Part shown: positions 1 to 9,091 of the stretch, piece by piece
Numbering within the stretch: position 1 is the first letter of the stretch
Layout: each line of letters begins with the position of its first letter
Assembly (NCBI GenBank): GCA_945787565.1
Contig: CALZIE010000001.1
Coordinates: 1-63,930, forward strand
Source of the DNA: an uncultured Lachnospiraceae bacterium
GTDB taxonomy: Bacteria > Bacillota > Clostridia > Lachnospirales > Lachnospiraceae
Direction of reading: 5' to 3'
DNA length: 63,930 nucleotides
Notes under the pieces: model-generated
The model's database searches: none
What the model saw: the letters and a program-made list of their open reading frames with translations, nothing else
Told to the model about the DNA's origin: nothing
Program-made: the position numbers and the translations under genes

Positions 1-253
1 TTTCAGAACTTAGCTGACTACTAATAAGCCGTTATAACCAAAGTTATAACTATTAATGTCATCTTGTTCCGTTACTGATTTAGGGTTGTGATTGATGTCA
101 TCTCTCACAGTTCTTATTTGTGTTTGAACGTTAGTTCAAACTATATTCTCAACGAATTTCAAGGTTGTTTCACTGTTCAGTTATCAAAGTACAGCTTGTC
201 TTTTCAGACTTCGCTCTGCTGTTTCGCTTCAATGTGTCATTGCCGCGTCAGCA
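1..253 (-). other. rRNA operon leader (16S gene expected just beyond the left edge)
   Basis: Minus strand reads GTACTTTGATAACTGAACA at 174-192, a Firmicute rrn boxA-like element, downstream of a perfect sigma-A promoter. No 16S sequence is inside the window. Confidence 0.7.
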
Positions 254-259
254 AAATTG

Positions 260-288
260 ATTATAGCAGAACCCAAAGCATGTGTCAA
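260..288 (-). promoter_or_regulatory. sigma-A promoter of the putative rRNA operon
   Basis: TTGACA (288-283), 17 bp, TATAAT (265-260), with an A-rich UP-like tract upstream. Confidence 0.85.
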
Positions 289-742
289 CACTTTTTTTAA
301 AGTTTTTTATATGTTTTTTTCTTCCATTCATTATTGGTATATATTCACTTGCCATAAAGCACCTTATCTAGGTACTTTTCTTACCATTCTCATACTACTT
401 TGCTTGGTTTCCTCACTGCTATTTTACCGGTTTTCTTACGACTCTTTTACTAATCCATGTAAAATTCTTCATAGAGTCAGCAAGATTTCTTGATTGATTT
501 AAAAATCACTTTTATCTATTATTCATTATCTCTTTACAATCTCTAAATTTATCTTTCTTTTTATTTCTGCATGAAACCTTGCAAGATCTTCAATTAACAA
601 AAAAGAAACTCTGGGACTAAAAAGAATAAAATAAAAAAACATCACAGTCTTTACCACCTGACTCATACATTCACACATTTAGAAACAGTAACGTTCTCAG
701 CCTGCCCCCTTTTTTGCAGAGCAATTCCACTTTAACTAGATC

Positions 743-776
743 AAAAAAAGACAGCCATTGCTGACTGTCTTCTTTT
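743..776 (-). terminator. intrinsic terminator after eda
   Basis: AAGACAG/CTGTCTT hairpin with a U-tract on the minus strand. Confidence 0.75.
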
Positions 777-787
777 AATCTAGTTAA

Positions 788-1747
788 CTAGCGTCCTACT
801 AAATGTACAGCGAATCCGCCGATTTCATCTTTTAAGTAGATTGCCATTAACTTGCCATCCTTATATTTAGCAGATTCCTTATTGAATTCAAATCCCTGCA
901 ATTCCATATGGTATACTGCACGTTCTACATAATTTGTCTGAATTGCAATATGACCCATTGCACCAAGGTAAGGAGTCTTCATTACTTCAATTGCTGTTCC
1001 TGCAAAGATTGAGCTGTTTCCAACTTTCTTTGTGAAACCAAATAATCTTTCGAAAGAAGTTGCAACACCATCTGCTTCTTCTTCGCTCTTTGCATTGATA
1101 CCAACATGCTTAATTTCAAATCCAAGCATTGTATTTACCGCTTCTCTTGTTAATCTCTTGATTTCATCAAACTGTCCACCATTGATTAAGTCAGAGCTTA
1201 CCATCCAGCTACCGCCGCATGCTAAAATCTTAGGGAAATCAAGATAAGAGATTAAGTTTTTCTGATTGATTCCACCAGTAGGCATAAACATTAAGTTTCC
1301 ATAAGGAGCTGCCATAGCTTTGATCTTAGGAAGACCACCGGAAGCTTCTGCTGGGAAGAACTTAACTGCTTCTAAACCTAATTCTAAAGCTGCTTCAATA
1401 TCAGTTGGGCTTGATGTACCTGGAGTGATTGGAACTCCTTTTTCGATACAGTATTTTACGACCTTTGGATTTAAACCAGGGCTTACAATGAATTTAGCAC
1501 CTGCTGCTACTGCTTCATCTACCTGTTCTGTTGTTAGTACAGTACCTGCACCAACAAACATATCTGGGCATGCTTCTGTCATAAGACGGATCGCTTCTGC
1601 TGCAGCTGCTGTACGGAATGTTACTTCTGCAACTGGAAGACCTCCTTCGCAAAGCGCCTTAGCTAAAGGTGCTGCATCTTTCGCATCATCAATCTTTACA
1701 ACTGGAATAATACCAAGCATCTGGAAACGCTTTAATACTTCGTTCAT
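788..1747 (-). CDS. eda: KDPG/KHG aldolase with C-terminal VOC-like domain
   Basis: EVTFRT, GAGTV, FIVSP, KFFPA, PTGGI and GGSW motifs, plus about 110 extra C-terminal residues. Confidence 0.92.
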   Translation of the reverse strand: MNEVLKRFQMLGIIPVVKIDDAKDAAPLAKALCEGGLPVAEVTFRTAAAAEAIRLMTEACPDMFVGAGTVLTTEQVDEAVAAGAKFIVSPGLNPKVVKYCIEKGVPITPGTSSPTDIEAALELGLEAVKFFPAEASGGLPKIKAMAAPYGNLMFMPTGGINQKNLISYLDFPKILACGGSWMVSSDLINGGQFDEIKRLTREAVNTMLGFEIKHVGINAKSEEEADGVATSFERLFGFTKKVGNSSIFAGTAIEVMKTPYLGAMGHIAIQTNYVERAVYHMELQGFEFNKESAKYKDGKLMAIYLKDEIGGFAVHLVGR

Positions 1748-1856
1748 AATATGACTCCTTTACATGTGATTTATAGTGGTAACAAAGAAGTATATTCCCC
1801 CTCTGTTACAGCAATCATACACAGATTATTTCATCCATATCCCTGACATGCACCTA

Positions 1857-1870
1857 TGTAAGTGCTTTCA
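1857..1870. promoter_or_regulatory. cre-like (CcpA/LacI-family) operator at the eda transcription start
   Basis: Minus strand TGAAAGCACTTACA, one mismatch from the cre-type TGAAAGCGCTTACA, immediately downstream of the -10. Confidence 0.55.
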
Positions 1871-1875
1871 TCAAG

Positions 1876-1904
1876 AGTATACTCCAAATAGTGACGAATT
1901 TCAA
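1876..1904 (-). promoter_or_regulatory. sigma-A promoter for eda
   Basis: TTGAAA, 17 bp, TATACT. Confidence 0.6.
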
Positions 1905-1975
1905 GTCAAGTTTCCGGTATATTTCTAAATTATGGAATTTTCTGCACCAAGCACTTAAGACCTCTTTTTATAAAT

Positions 1976-2013
1976 AAAAAAGGCGGCCGCTATACATAGC
2001 AAACGCCTTTTTT
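1976..2013 (-). terminator. intrinsic terminator after the CvpA-family gene
   Basis: AAAAAAGGCG...CGCCTTTTTT hairpin. Confidence 0.7.
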
Positions 2014-2039
2014 CGTACTCTTCCTACACATATCTTTCC

Positions 2040-2726
2040 TTACAAGAATATATTCGTAATAACACGCAGAATCAAATTATTATTATATAAAAAACTAAGA
2101 AATGCACTCTCATTTATCATCCCAAACACTTCCTGTCCAAAAGCACTTCCGCTAAATACAGTCACCAAGATTCCAAGCACCCAGATGATAATCAGCCCCT
2201 GAACACCCCCTACCAGCATTCCCGCTGTCTTATTGATCTGATTAAGAATTGGTAGCTTGCTAATAATATTTAATACTGAACATATAATATTCAGGATAAT
2301 GATGATTACAATAAACGTTACGATAAACGCAATCGCATTTAAAACAATATTAGCAATCGCATGGGTTATGTATGTAGTAAAATTATCCACTGCCATTTCT
2401 GCATAAGCATCACTATTGTTATTCTCTATAATGGATGTCTTCATGGCCTCCGGAATGGGAAGCGAATCCACAAAACTAATTTGGTCCGTGATCTTATTTC
2501 CCAGCTCCTCTAATGGCAGAACAGCTTCTACCTTTCCCGACATATATTCCATAACTGCTTCATTTTCCTGTAACACCTTGCTTACCTGAGGGCTTATAAA
2601 GCTGGTAAGCAATATTGCTGCAATCATGGAAAAAAGAGAGAAGACTGTTTTGATCAGTCCCGCCTTTCTTCCATAAAGCGCATTCACAATCAGGATAAGA
2701 AGCACGATAATAAGTGCAATATTCAT
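2040..2726 (-). CDS. CvpA (colicin V production) family membrane protein
   Basis: N-terminal GxxxGL motif, several TM segments, INKTAGMLVG motif. Confidence 0.75.
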   Translation of the reverse strand: MNIALIIVLLILIVNALYGRKAGLIKTVFSLFSMIAAILLTSFISPQVSKVLQENEAVMEYMSGKVEAVLPLEELGNKITDQISFVDSLPIPEAMKTSIIENNNSDAYAEMAVDNFTTYITHAIANIVLNAIAFIVTFIVIIIILNIICSVLNIISKLPILNQINKTAGMLVGGVQGLIIIWVLGILVTVFSGSAFGQEVFGMINESAFLSFLYNNNLILRVITNIFL

Positions 2727-2727
2727 C

Positions 2728-3921
2728 CTATTTCTCCTTCTGTATTAATCTTATAATATCCATGGACTCATCCCCTACAACAACGTAACGGTCTGATTCA
2801 CTTCCATTAAACACAAAGTTGGCATTCTTCTGAAACTCTGAATAAAACTTTAATTCACCTGTTATCGTATAAATGCTGCATTCCAATTTGTCATACATCA
2901 CAATCTCCTGACCAGATATATAAACAGTTTCATATGCAGTATTAATCCCTTTATTCAACAGAACCTTCCCAGATGTATTATAAAGCTTTAACTGATACTT
3001 TGCATCCTGTCCGGAATTCTTAGAAATGAATCCGATATGGGAAGCGTCTGAGAATACACTTACCACTTCATCTGTGAATGTTTCGTTCACTAGCACCGAC
3101 GGGTTCTCCTTCATCGAATATAATAAAAATCCGTCATCTCGATAGGCACATACTAAATCATTGGAAAGAAATTTGACTTCAGGAATAATGGATTCAAAAC
3201 TATACGATCCTACTAGGTTATCGATATAATTCTTACCTACCTCGCTGAAATTGTAAAAGGACAACCACGTTACCACTTCATCCTGATTCATCGCAAGATA
3301 AGATGTTACTAATTTGGTACCATCATTCGATAAAGCAATATCAACTGGATAACCATCTGATTCTGTCTTTGTATTAATGTCTACATAGGCATCTTTCGTA
3401 TCGGCGCCGTATAGATAAATATGATCCTCTGTTCCGTTATTCGTAAGGACCGCCGTGATTCCCTGGGCTGCCACATCAATATCTACAATGCTGTATAACA
3501 GACTGATCTCATTTGCAGTTCCTGATCCATCAATAATATATAATGTCTTAGCACCACGGTCTGCAACCGCCACATAGCTTCCATTCACATCCGCAATCGG
3601 ATCTTTCATATTGTACGCCACGTTCCACAGTACCTTTCCGTCTGCGCTGATTGCTTCTACACCATCCCTGCTATACTTTAACATGCCAGACTTATAGCAC
3701 ATGTATCTGCCCGTATCCGTGCCTGTCAGATCAATTGTGTTGATTACTTCAAATGCTTGATAGCTCTGGTTCTTTTTATTCTGTATGTAAAAGATAGAAG
3801 CGATCCCAAGCACAGACACAGCTGCTACTAATATGAGTACGAGAACATTTTTCTTCTTTTTCTGCTTCTTCTTTTTTGCCTCTTCTTCTGATCTTAAATT
3901 AACTTTTTTAATCTTTTCCAC
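2728..3921 (-). CDS. DUF5711-like membrane-anchored beta-propeller protein
   Basis: Basic N-terminus, a single TM, repeated beta-rich motifs (KYSRDG, VAVADRG, DIALSNDG). Confidence 0.6.
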   Translation of the reverse strand: MEKIKKVNLRSEEEAKKKKQKKKKNVLVLILVAAVSVLGIASIFYIQNKKNQSYQAFEVINTIDLTGTDTGRYMCYKSGMLKYSRDGVEAISADGKVLWNVAYNMKDPIADVNGSYVAVADRGAKTLYIIDGSGTANEISLLYSIVDIDVAAQGITAVLTNNGTEDHIYLYGADTKDAYVDINTKTESDGYPVDIALSNDGTKLVTSYLAMNQDEVVTWLSFYNFSEVGKNYIDNLVGSYSFESIIPEVKFLSNDLVCAYRDDGFLLYSMKENPSVLVNETFTDEVVSVFSDASHIGFISKNSGQDAKYQLKLYNTSGKVLLNKGINTAYETVYISGQEIVMYDKLECSIYTITGELKFYSEFQKNANFVFNGSESDRYVVVGDESMDIIRLIQKEK

Positions 3922-4121
3922 GTTTTATCCTCCAGATTCTAAAAATGAACGCGACTAAATACTTTACTTTCGCCATCGCTACATTTTCAAAAACTTACAA
4001 AATGATTATACTCTATTCCCCTTCATTTGGCACTCTTTTTTTACAAAATCCGATTTTAGTGGAATGTATCCTGCCTAACCAAAGAAGGGTGCTGCATTGT
4101 ATTATGCAACACCCTGACTGG

Positions 4122-5429
4122 CTATGGCACTAGCAGTTTCTGCCCGACGTAAATCTTATTCTCATCTTCTAGCCGATTGATTTCTTTTATAATTGTCACA
4201 TTCTTATAATCACCATACAGCCTGAAACAAATATTCGCTAACGTATCTCCTTTCTCCACCACATACTCGCTTAGCACAGAATTTCCTGTCGTCTTGCTTG
4301 TGTCCGTCGTTTCTGTCGGCACCGGCGTCGTTTTTGCTTCCTCGGTCGGTGTAACTTCACCTGCACCCGATGGAGTCACCTGCTCTAAAGAATCCCCCTC
4401 CGTTCCTCCCGGCTGGGTTTCTGACAGGTTTGATTCCTCCAAGCCATTCTGTGCGATTTTGTCGTCTCCGCCTAATACAGAGCTGGAATTCGTGGATGCT
4501 TCCACTGAGTTACCTCCTGTAGTTTCATCCGGCCGATCAAATATATTACTACCATCCTGTGATTGCGATGCCGCACCTGTTATATTCTTAGCCAGATTGC
4601 TAATGCTTGTCTCAATTCCTTTAATCCGCTGATTATTATATACGACTGTGACACCAACTACTAATACCACAGCTGCCACAAGACCGCCTGCCGTATATAC
4701 AAGCCGCTGCATGCTCTTCTGATCCTTCTCTTTTTCTTTTGCTTTCGCTCTTGTTTTGGACCTTGCAGGTTTTTTCTTCTCATCTAGGATACTTCTAATC
4801 TCCCGAATTGCGTGATCATCGACTTTCGTTTCTTCCACCGCTACTTCTTTATGATCCACCATATATCCTTGCATTTCTTGATTTTTCTCATAGTATATGT
4901 AATACCCTGGCTGCAGCATAATGGTTCCGCTTTCGAATAGATAGAAATTATCCTCTTTCTCTAAGACATCATAAGTAAGCAATACTTTATCACGTCCTGA
5001 GAAATTATCGATATGGACCTGTTTGATCATATCTCCATCCTCAGTCCCAAATCCTGTGCCGCCATAATACCATCCTACAATTTCACCTTCTGGGAAATAC
5101 TTTTTTATATTCTCATAAACCGCTGCCCAGATTCCCTCATTAAAAGTCACCTTTCCATCAAAATAGGCACCTTCTGCTTCTACTGCACCATAGATAAATA
5201 CATTCCTTCCTACTTCACTCTGCGTATACTCTCCTACCAGCACAGCAACACACCGTTCCGTATAATCGCCTTCTGCAAGTTGCCTTGCGTAGGTTTTTAC
5301 ATAATCCTCTACATATATTCTTAGTTTGTCGCTTATCTGTCCTATCTGTCTGATATTTTTCGGTATTTTTACCTTCGCGCCAGCCTTCGATGTGGTCTTT
5401 TCCTCGCTTTCATAACGCTTCTCTACCAT
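4122..5429 (-). CDS. membrane protein with N-terminal MPN/JAB-like domain and C-terminal LysM domain
   Basis: YVVEKGDTLANIC...IYVGQKLLVP is LysM. Single TM. IVGWY MPN-like motif. Start moved to the ATG after GGAGGG. Confidence 0.8.
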   Translation of the reverse strand: MVEKRYESEEKTTSKAGAKVKIPKNIRQIGQISDKLRIYVEDYVKTYARQLAEGDYTERCVAVLVGEYTQSEVGRNVFIYGAVEAEGAYFDGKVTFNEGIWAAVYENIKKYFPEGEIVGWYYGGTGFGTEDGDMIKQVHIDNFSGRDKVLLTYDVLEKEDNFYLFESGTIMLQPGYYIYYEKNQEMQGYMVDHKEVAVEETKVDDHAIREIRSILDEKKKPARSKTRAKAKEKEKDQKSMQRLVYTAGGLVAAVVLVVGVTVVYNNQRIKGIETSISNLAKNITGAASQSQDGSNIFDRPDETTGGNSVEASTNSSSVLGGDDKIAQNGLEESNLSETQPGGTEGDSLEQVTPSGAGEVTPTEEAKTTPVPTETTDTSKTTGNSVLSEYVVEKGDTLANICFRLYGDYKNVTIIKEINRLEDENKIYVGQKLLVP

Positions 5430-5826
5430 CTCTGTACCCGCCCTCCATTCGCATACCAGTTCGGTAATACGCTTCATACAAGCATGGTATCACATTGGAT
5501 ATGCCGTTTTTGTCAAATCTCCCCACGCCCTAAATACAATCTCGTCGTTCTCTTTCTAGGCTTTTCATCAAGTAGCATATGTTTTCTAAAGCATTTTACC
5601 TTTTTCTCCGCGAAAATCAGATAATTGTGTCTAATTTCAATAAAATATTGTTTACGATTTTATGTCTATTCCCTAAGGGGGATGGCTATACTCAGTATAG
5701 AGACATTAATTTTTATCGTTTTCTTGGAAAATAAGAAGTTGTCTAACCCTCCCATAATGGACATCCTTAGTATAGATTCCTTCTATTTTTCGTCCTATAT
5801 CCTATAACGAGAGGTGGAGTCTCCCA

Positions 5827-6396
5827 TTGAAACAGTATTTAGAAAAAGAAAAGAAAATCTTTTACTTTGATTCCAAAGAGCGCAAAGCCCCTTATGAATT
5901 TAGTTCGGTTCTGACGAATCTATTAGAGGATAACCTGTACGGGAATAAATCACTGGTGTTTTTATGCATCGGTTCAGACCGCGCGACCGGAGACTGTCTT
6001 GGCCCTATTGTGGGCTATAAACTGACCGGACTTCAGCTGTCTAATCTTTCGATCTATGGCACACTCGATCAGCCGGTTCATGCAAAGAATCTAAAAGAAA
6101 CCGTCAATAAAATTTATAAAGAACATGCGAATCCGTTTATCATTGCAATTGATGCCTCCCTCGGAAAATCATCCCATGTCGGATATTTTACGTTGGGAGA
6201 GGGTCCTTTAAAGCCTGGTGCAGGCGTAGATAAGGATCTTCCTTATGTAGGGGATCTGTTTATTACCGGCATTGTAAACCTGTCTGGAATGTTTGATCAG
6301 ATGCTTTTACAGACCACAAGACTTGGCATCGTAATGACACTGGCAGATCATATTTATCATGGAATCAGCCTGTGTTTATATCAGCTTCATCGATAA
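5827..6396 (+). CDS. yyaC: spore protease YyaC
   Basis: LCIGSDRATGDCLGP, PVHAKNL, IAIDASLG and PGAGV motifs. Confidence 0.9.
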   Translation: MKQYLEKEKKIFYFDSKERKAPYEFSSVLTNLLEDNLYGNKSLVFLCIGSDRATGDCLGPIVGYKLTGLQLSNLSIYGTLDQPVHAKNLKETVNKIYKEHANPFIIAIDASLGKSSHVGYFTLGEGPLKPGAGVDKDLPYVGDLFITGIVNLSGMFDQMLLQTTRLGIVMTLADHIYHGISLCLYQLHR

Positions 6397-6449
6397 AGCT
6401 GATCGTGCAAAAAGTAACACAGCTTCGTCATTACAGGCTCTGTGAATGC

Positions 6450-6494
6450 AAAAAAGGGACTGTCCCTCTTAGTGTGACAGCCCCTTTTCTTTTT
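6450..6494. terminator. bidirectional terminator between convergent genes
   Basis: AAAAGGG.CTGTC / GACAG.CCCTTTT hairpin with A and T flanks. Confidence 0.65.
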
Positions 6495-6608
6495 AATCTT
6501 GCTTTTATTTTGTCGTTTCCTTTATTTAACTGTTGGGTTTATTGATTCTATATCTTTGCTCAACTCTTGTCTTCGTTTGGCTTTTTTGTGTTCTAATTTT
6601 TAACTGTT

Positions 6609-7706
6609 TTATTGTGAAAGCGTTTTCATTGTTGCCAGTGCTTCCGACACTGTATTGCAATTTTCTTCTTTCATAATCTCGATCAGCCGATCCACGGATG
6701 CAAGAGACATCACATTCTTTCCTAAATATGCTTCATATTTGTTTGCAATATCAATGGAACAAGCCTTTACTTTCTCTTCTGCCTGCTTCTGTTGCTGATA
6801 TACGGTATCATGCTCCTTCTTTAGGGCTTCTCGTTCCTTTTTGTCTCTTCCTCTGATCTCATCGATTACCGCTTTCTTTGTATCGTTTTCAAATGCAGCA
6901 AGCGCTTTCTTTTTCTCTTTCGCTATCTTATCTGCTTCTTCTTCTAATTCCCTCAGCTCATGATCAAAATTTTCAAGTCCATATAAACTTTCATCTTTAT
7001 CCTTTCGGATTGATCTTGTTTCAGCCTTGATTTTCTTATGATTAAGCGCTAATTTTTTTCTCACTTCTTTTATCTTTGCTGCCGCTGCCTGATTCTTCTC
7101 TTTTGTGAGATTTGCGATGAACAGATAGATTCCGCCAAATACCACAACCGTCACAACATAAGATAGAACCAGATACCAGGTTGACTGAGGCAGTGAAAAA
7201 TGATACACCCCCACTGGAATCACAAAAAGCGTAAGAAGGATCATTCCTAAAACGATAAGTAAGTCTTTCAATGTCCTTGGCATAAACAATGCAAAGTATA
7301 ATTTATTATTAAGCAGATTCGGAATCTTGCTGTTACGGAAAATGAGCTTTAATTCTTCTTCTAACTCTCTTTTCTCTTCACGTAATTCCCTTGTTTCTAT
7401 CTTAATGCGTTCTGAAACTTTGGCATCTTTTCTCTTTTCTTTTTTCGCCTTTACTTTCTTGATCCGGCTTTTCGTCTTGCTGATCTGCTCTTCAAAGGAA
7501 GCCTCAATCTCCTGTCGTCTCTGCTTAACTACCGCTTCACTTTCTGCCTCTAACGCTTTTTCTTTTGATGCAATTTCCTTTTCTAGTGCTGACTCTTTTA
7601 CTGCAAGTTCCGCACTGATTCCTTTGTACTTTTCTAATTCTGACAGGCTGTCTTTCATTGCATATAAGACGTCAATCCCACCGGACAGCACGTTTCCTTC
7701 ACCCAT
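6609..7706 (-). CDS. coiled-coil protein with two central TM helices, function unknown
   Basis: Long E/K-rich heptad regions flank a TM hairpin. Start after GGAGG. Confidence 0.7.
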   Translation of the reverse strand: MGEGNVLSGGIDVLYAMKDSLSELEKYKGISAELAVKESALEKEIASKEKALEAESEAVVKQRRQEIEASFEEQISKTKSRIKKVKAKKEKRKDAKVSERIKIETRELREEKRELEEELKLIFRNSKIPNLLNNKLYFALFMPRTLKDLLIVLGMILLTLFVIPVGVYHFSLPQSTWYLVLSYVVTVVVFGGIYLFIANLTKEKNQAAAAKIKEVRKKLALNHKKIKAETRSIRKDKDESLYGLENFDHELRELEEEADKIAKEKKKALAAFENDTKKAVIDEIRGRDKKEREALKKEHDTVYQQQKQAEEKVKACSIDIANKYEAYLGKNVMSLASVDRLIEIMKEENCNTVSEALATMKTLSQ

Positions 7707-7755
7707 GAAAAGAACCTCCATTCGTATCTTTTATATCTGTTTCATTTATGGCTTA

Positions 7756-8352
7756 TTACAATTGTACTCGTCCATCTAATGCACGTAACAAAGTGACTTC
7801 ATCAATATACTCTAAGTCACCCCCAACCGGAACACCGCTTGCAATACGGCTGACTTTAATCCCTGCTGGTTTAATTAGCTTGCTAATATACATAGCAGTA
7901 GCTTCGCCCTCCAGACTTGAGTTGGTTGCAATAATAACTTCCTCTACATCTCCTTGTAATCTCGTCATAAGTTCCTTTAACTTAATGTCCGCCGGTCCAA
8001 TTCCTAACATTGGAGAGATTGCACCATGGAGCACATGATATACCCCATCAAACTTTCCAGTTTTCTCATAAGCCGCTAAATCTCTTGTATTCTCAACTAC
8101 CATAATCACTTTCTGATTTCGCTTCTCACTTGAACAGATTGGACACACTTCCTTATCTGTTAAAGTCTGACACACTTTACAATATCGTACATTTTTCTTG
8201 GCTTCCGTGATTGTGGAAGATAGTCTTTCCACCTGGTCTTCTGGCATGTTGATAATGTGAAATGCCAGACGCTGTGCCGACTTCGATCCTATTCCCGGTA
8301 ATCTGCCTAATTCTTCAATTAACTTATTAATCTGACTGCTATAATAATCCAC
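7756..8352 (-). CDS. recR: recombination mediator RecR
   Basis: LPGIGxKSAQRLA, C4 zinc finger, Toprim domain, [10 protein letters not shown]. Confidence 0.97.
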   Translation of the reverse strand: MDYYSSQINKLIEELGRLPGIGSKSAQRLAFHIINMPEDQVERLSSTITEAKKNVRYCKVCQTLTDKEVCPICSSEKRNQKVIMVVENTRDLAAYEKTGKFDGVYHVLHGAISPMLGIGPADIKLKELMTRLQGDVEEVIIATNSSLEGEATAMYISKLIKPAGIKVSRIASGVPVGGDLEYIDEVTLLRALDGRVQL

Positions 8353-8617
8353 GTTTCACACCATACCTTCATTCTATTTCTTAACATCCTAATGTTCATT
8401 TCTCAGAGCTATGTATCATTATGCTCTTTCGCATTCACCATCCTGTGTAGCGTGGCGACTTTCAATCTACTTTTAATCTTAGCTTTTTATTATCCCTGTT
8501 TCTCTTTATATTTCTTACTTATCATACTGTAATCTGGCCAAAGTTTCAAGGGCACAGGGCTATTTGAACTATGCTTTTCTTTTATTTTACTATGCGCCAA
8601 ACAGGAGATAATAAAAG

Positions 8618-8676
8618 AAAAAGGTATCTTCTGTGCTTTAGAATAGTTTCTAAACAACACATCCGATACCTTTTTG
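8618..8676. terminator. long hairpin/terminator between ybaB and recR
   Basis: AAAAAGGTATC...GATACCTTTTT outer stem with an inner TTTAGAA/TTCTAAA stem. Confidence 0.55.
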
Positions 8677-8706
8677 TATTCTTATTATAAAAGCTTAGAA
8701 TGCTTC

Positions 8707-9063
8707 TTAGAATAAACCGCCGAGTCCGCCGAAATTTCCTAATCCGCCTGCTACAGAGTTCATTAATTCTGCTGATTCTGCTTCCATCTGCTTTAAGCTA
8801 GCGTTGATAGCTGCCATGATCATATCTTCTAACATTTCGATATCATCTAAATCAATTGCATCTTTCTGAATCTTAATAGAAGTTACTTCTTTTTTACCAG
8901 AAAGTCTTACAGTAACAGCTCCGCCACCTGCTGTAGCTTCCCATTCTCTCTGCTCCATAATTCTCTGATTTTCTTCCATCTGCTTCTGCATCTTCTGAGC
9001 CTGTTTCATTAAATTGCTCATACCTCCTGGTACTGCTCCAGGAAATCCTCCTCTTTTAGCCAT
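8707..9063 (-). CDS. ybaB: YbaB/EbfC nucleoid-associated protein
   Basis: MKQAQKMQ, AGGGAV and DIEMLEDMIMAAIN motifs, between dnaX and recR. Confidence 0.93.
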   Translation of the reverse strand: MAKRGGFPGAVPGGMSNLMKQAQKMQKQMEENQRIMEQREWEATAGGGAVTVRLSGKKEVTSIKIQKDAIDLDDIEMLEDMIMAAINASLKQMEAESAELMNSVAGGLGNFGGLGGLF

Positions 9064-9091
9064 GTAAAAAACTCCTTCCTTTTATATCCGA

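Noticed and set aside
88-493. ORFs 88-300 and 257-493
   Set aside because: They overlap the rrn promoter and leader on the opposite strand and have non-protein-like composition.
5660-5772. sigma-F/G-like promoters before yyaC
   Set aside because: Plausible (GTCTA...GGACATCCTTA) but too degenerate to support by eye.
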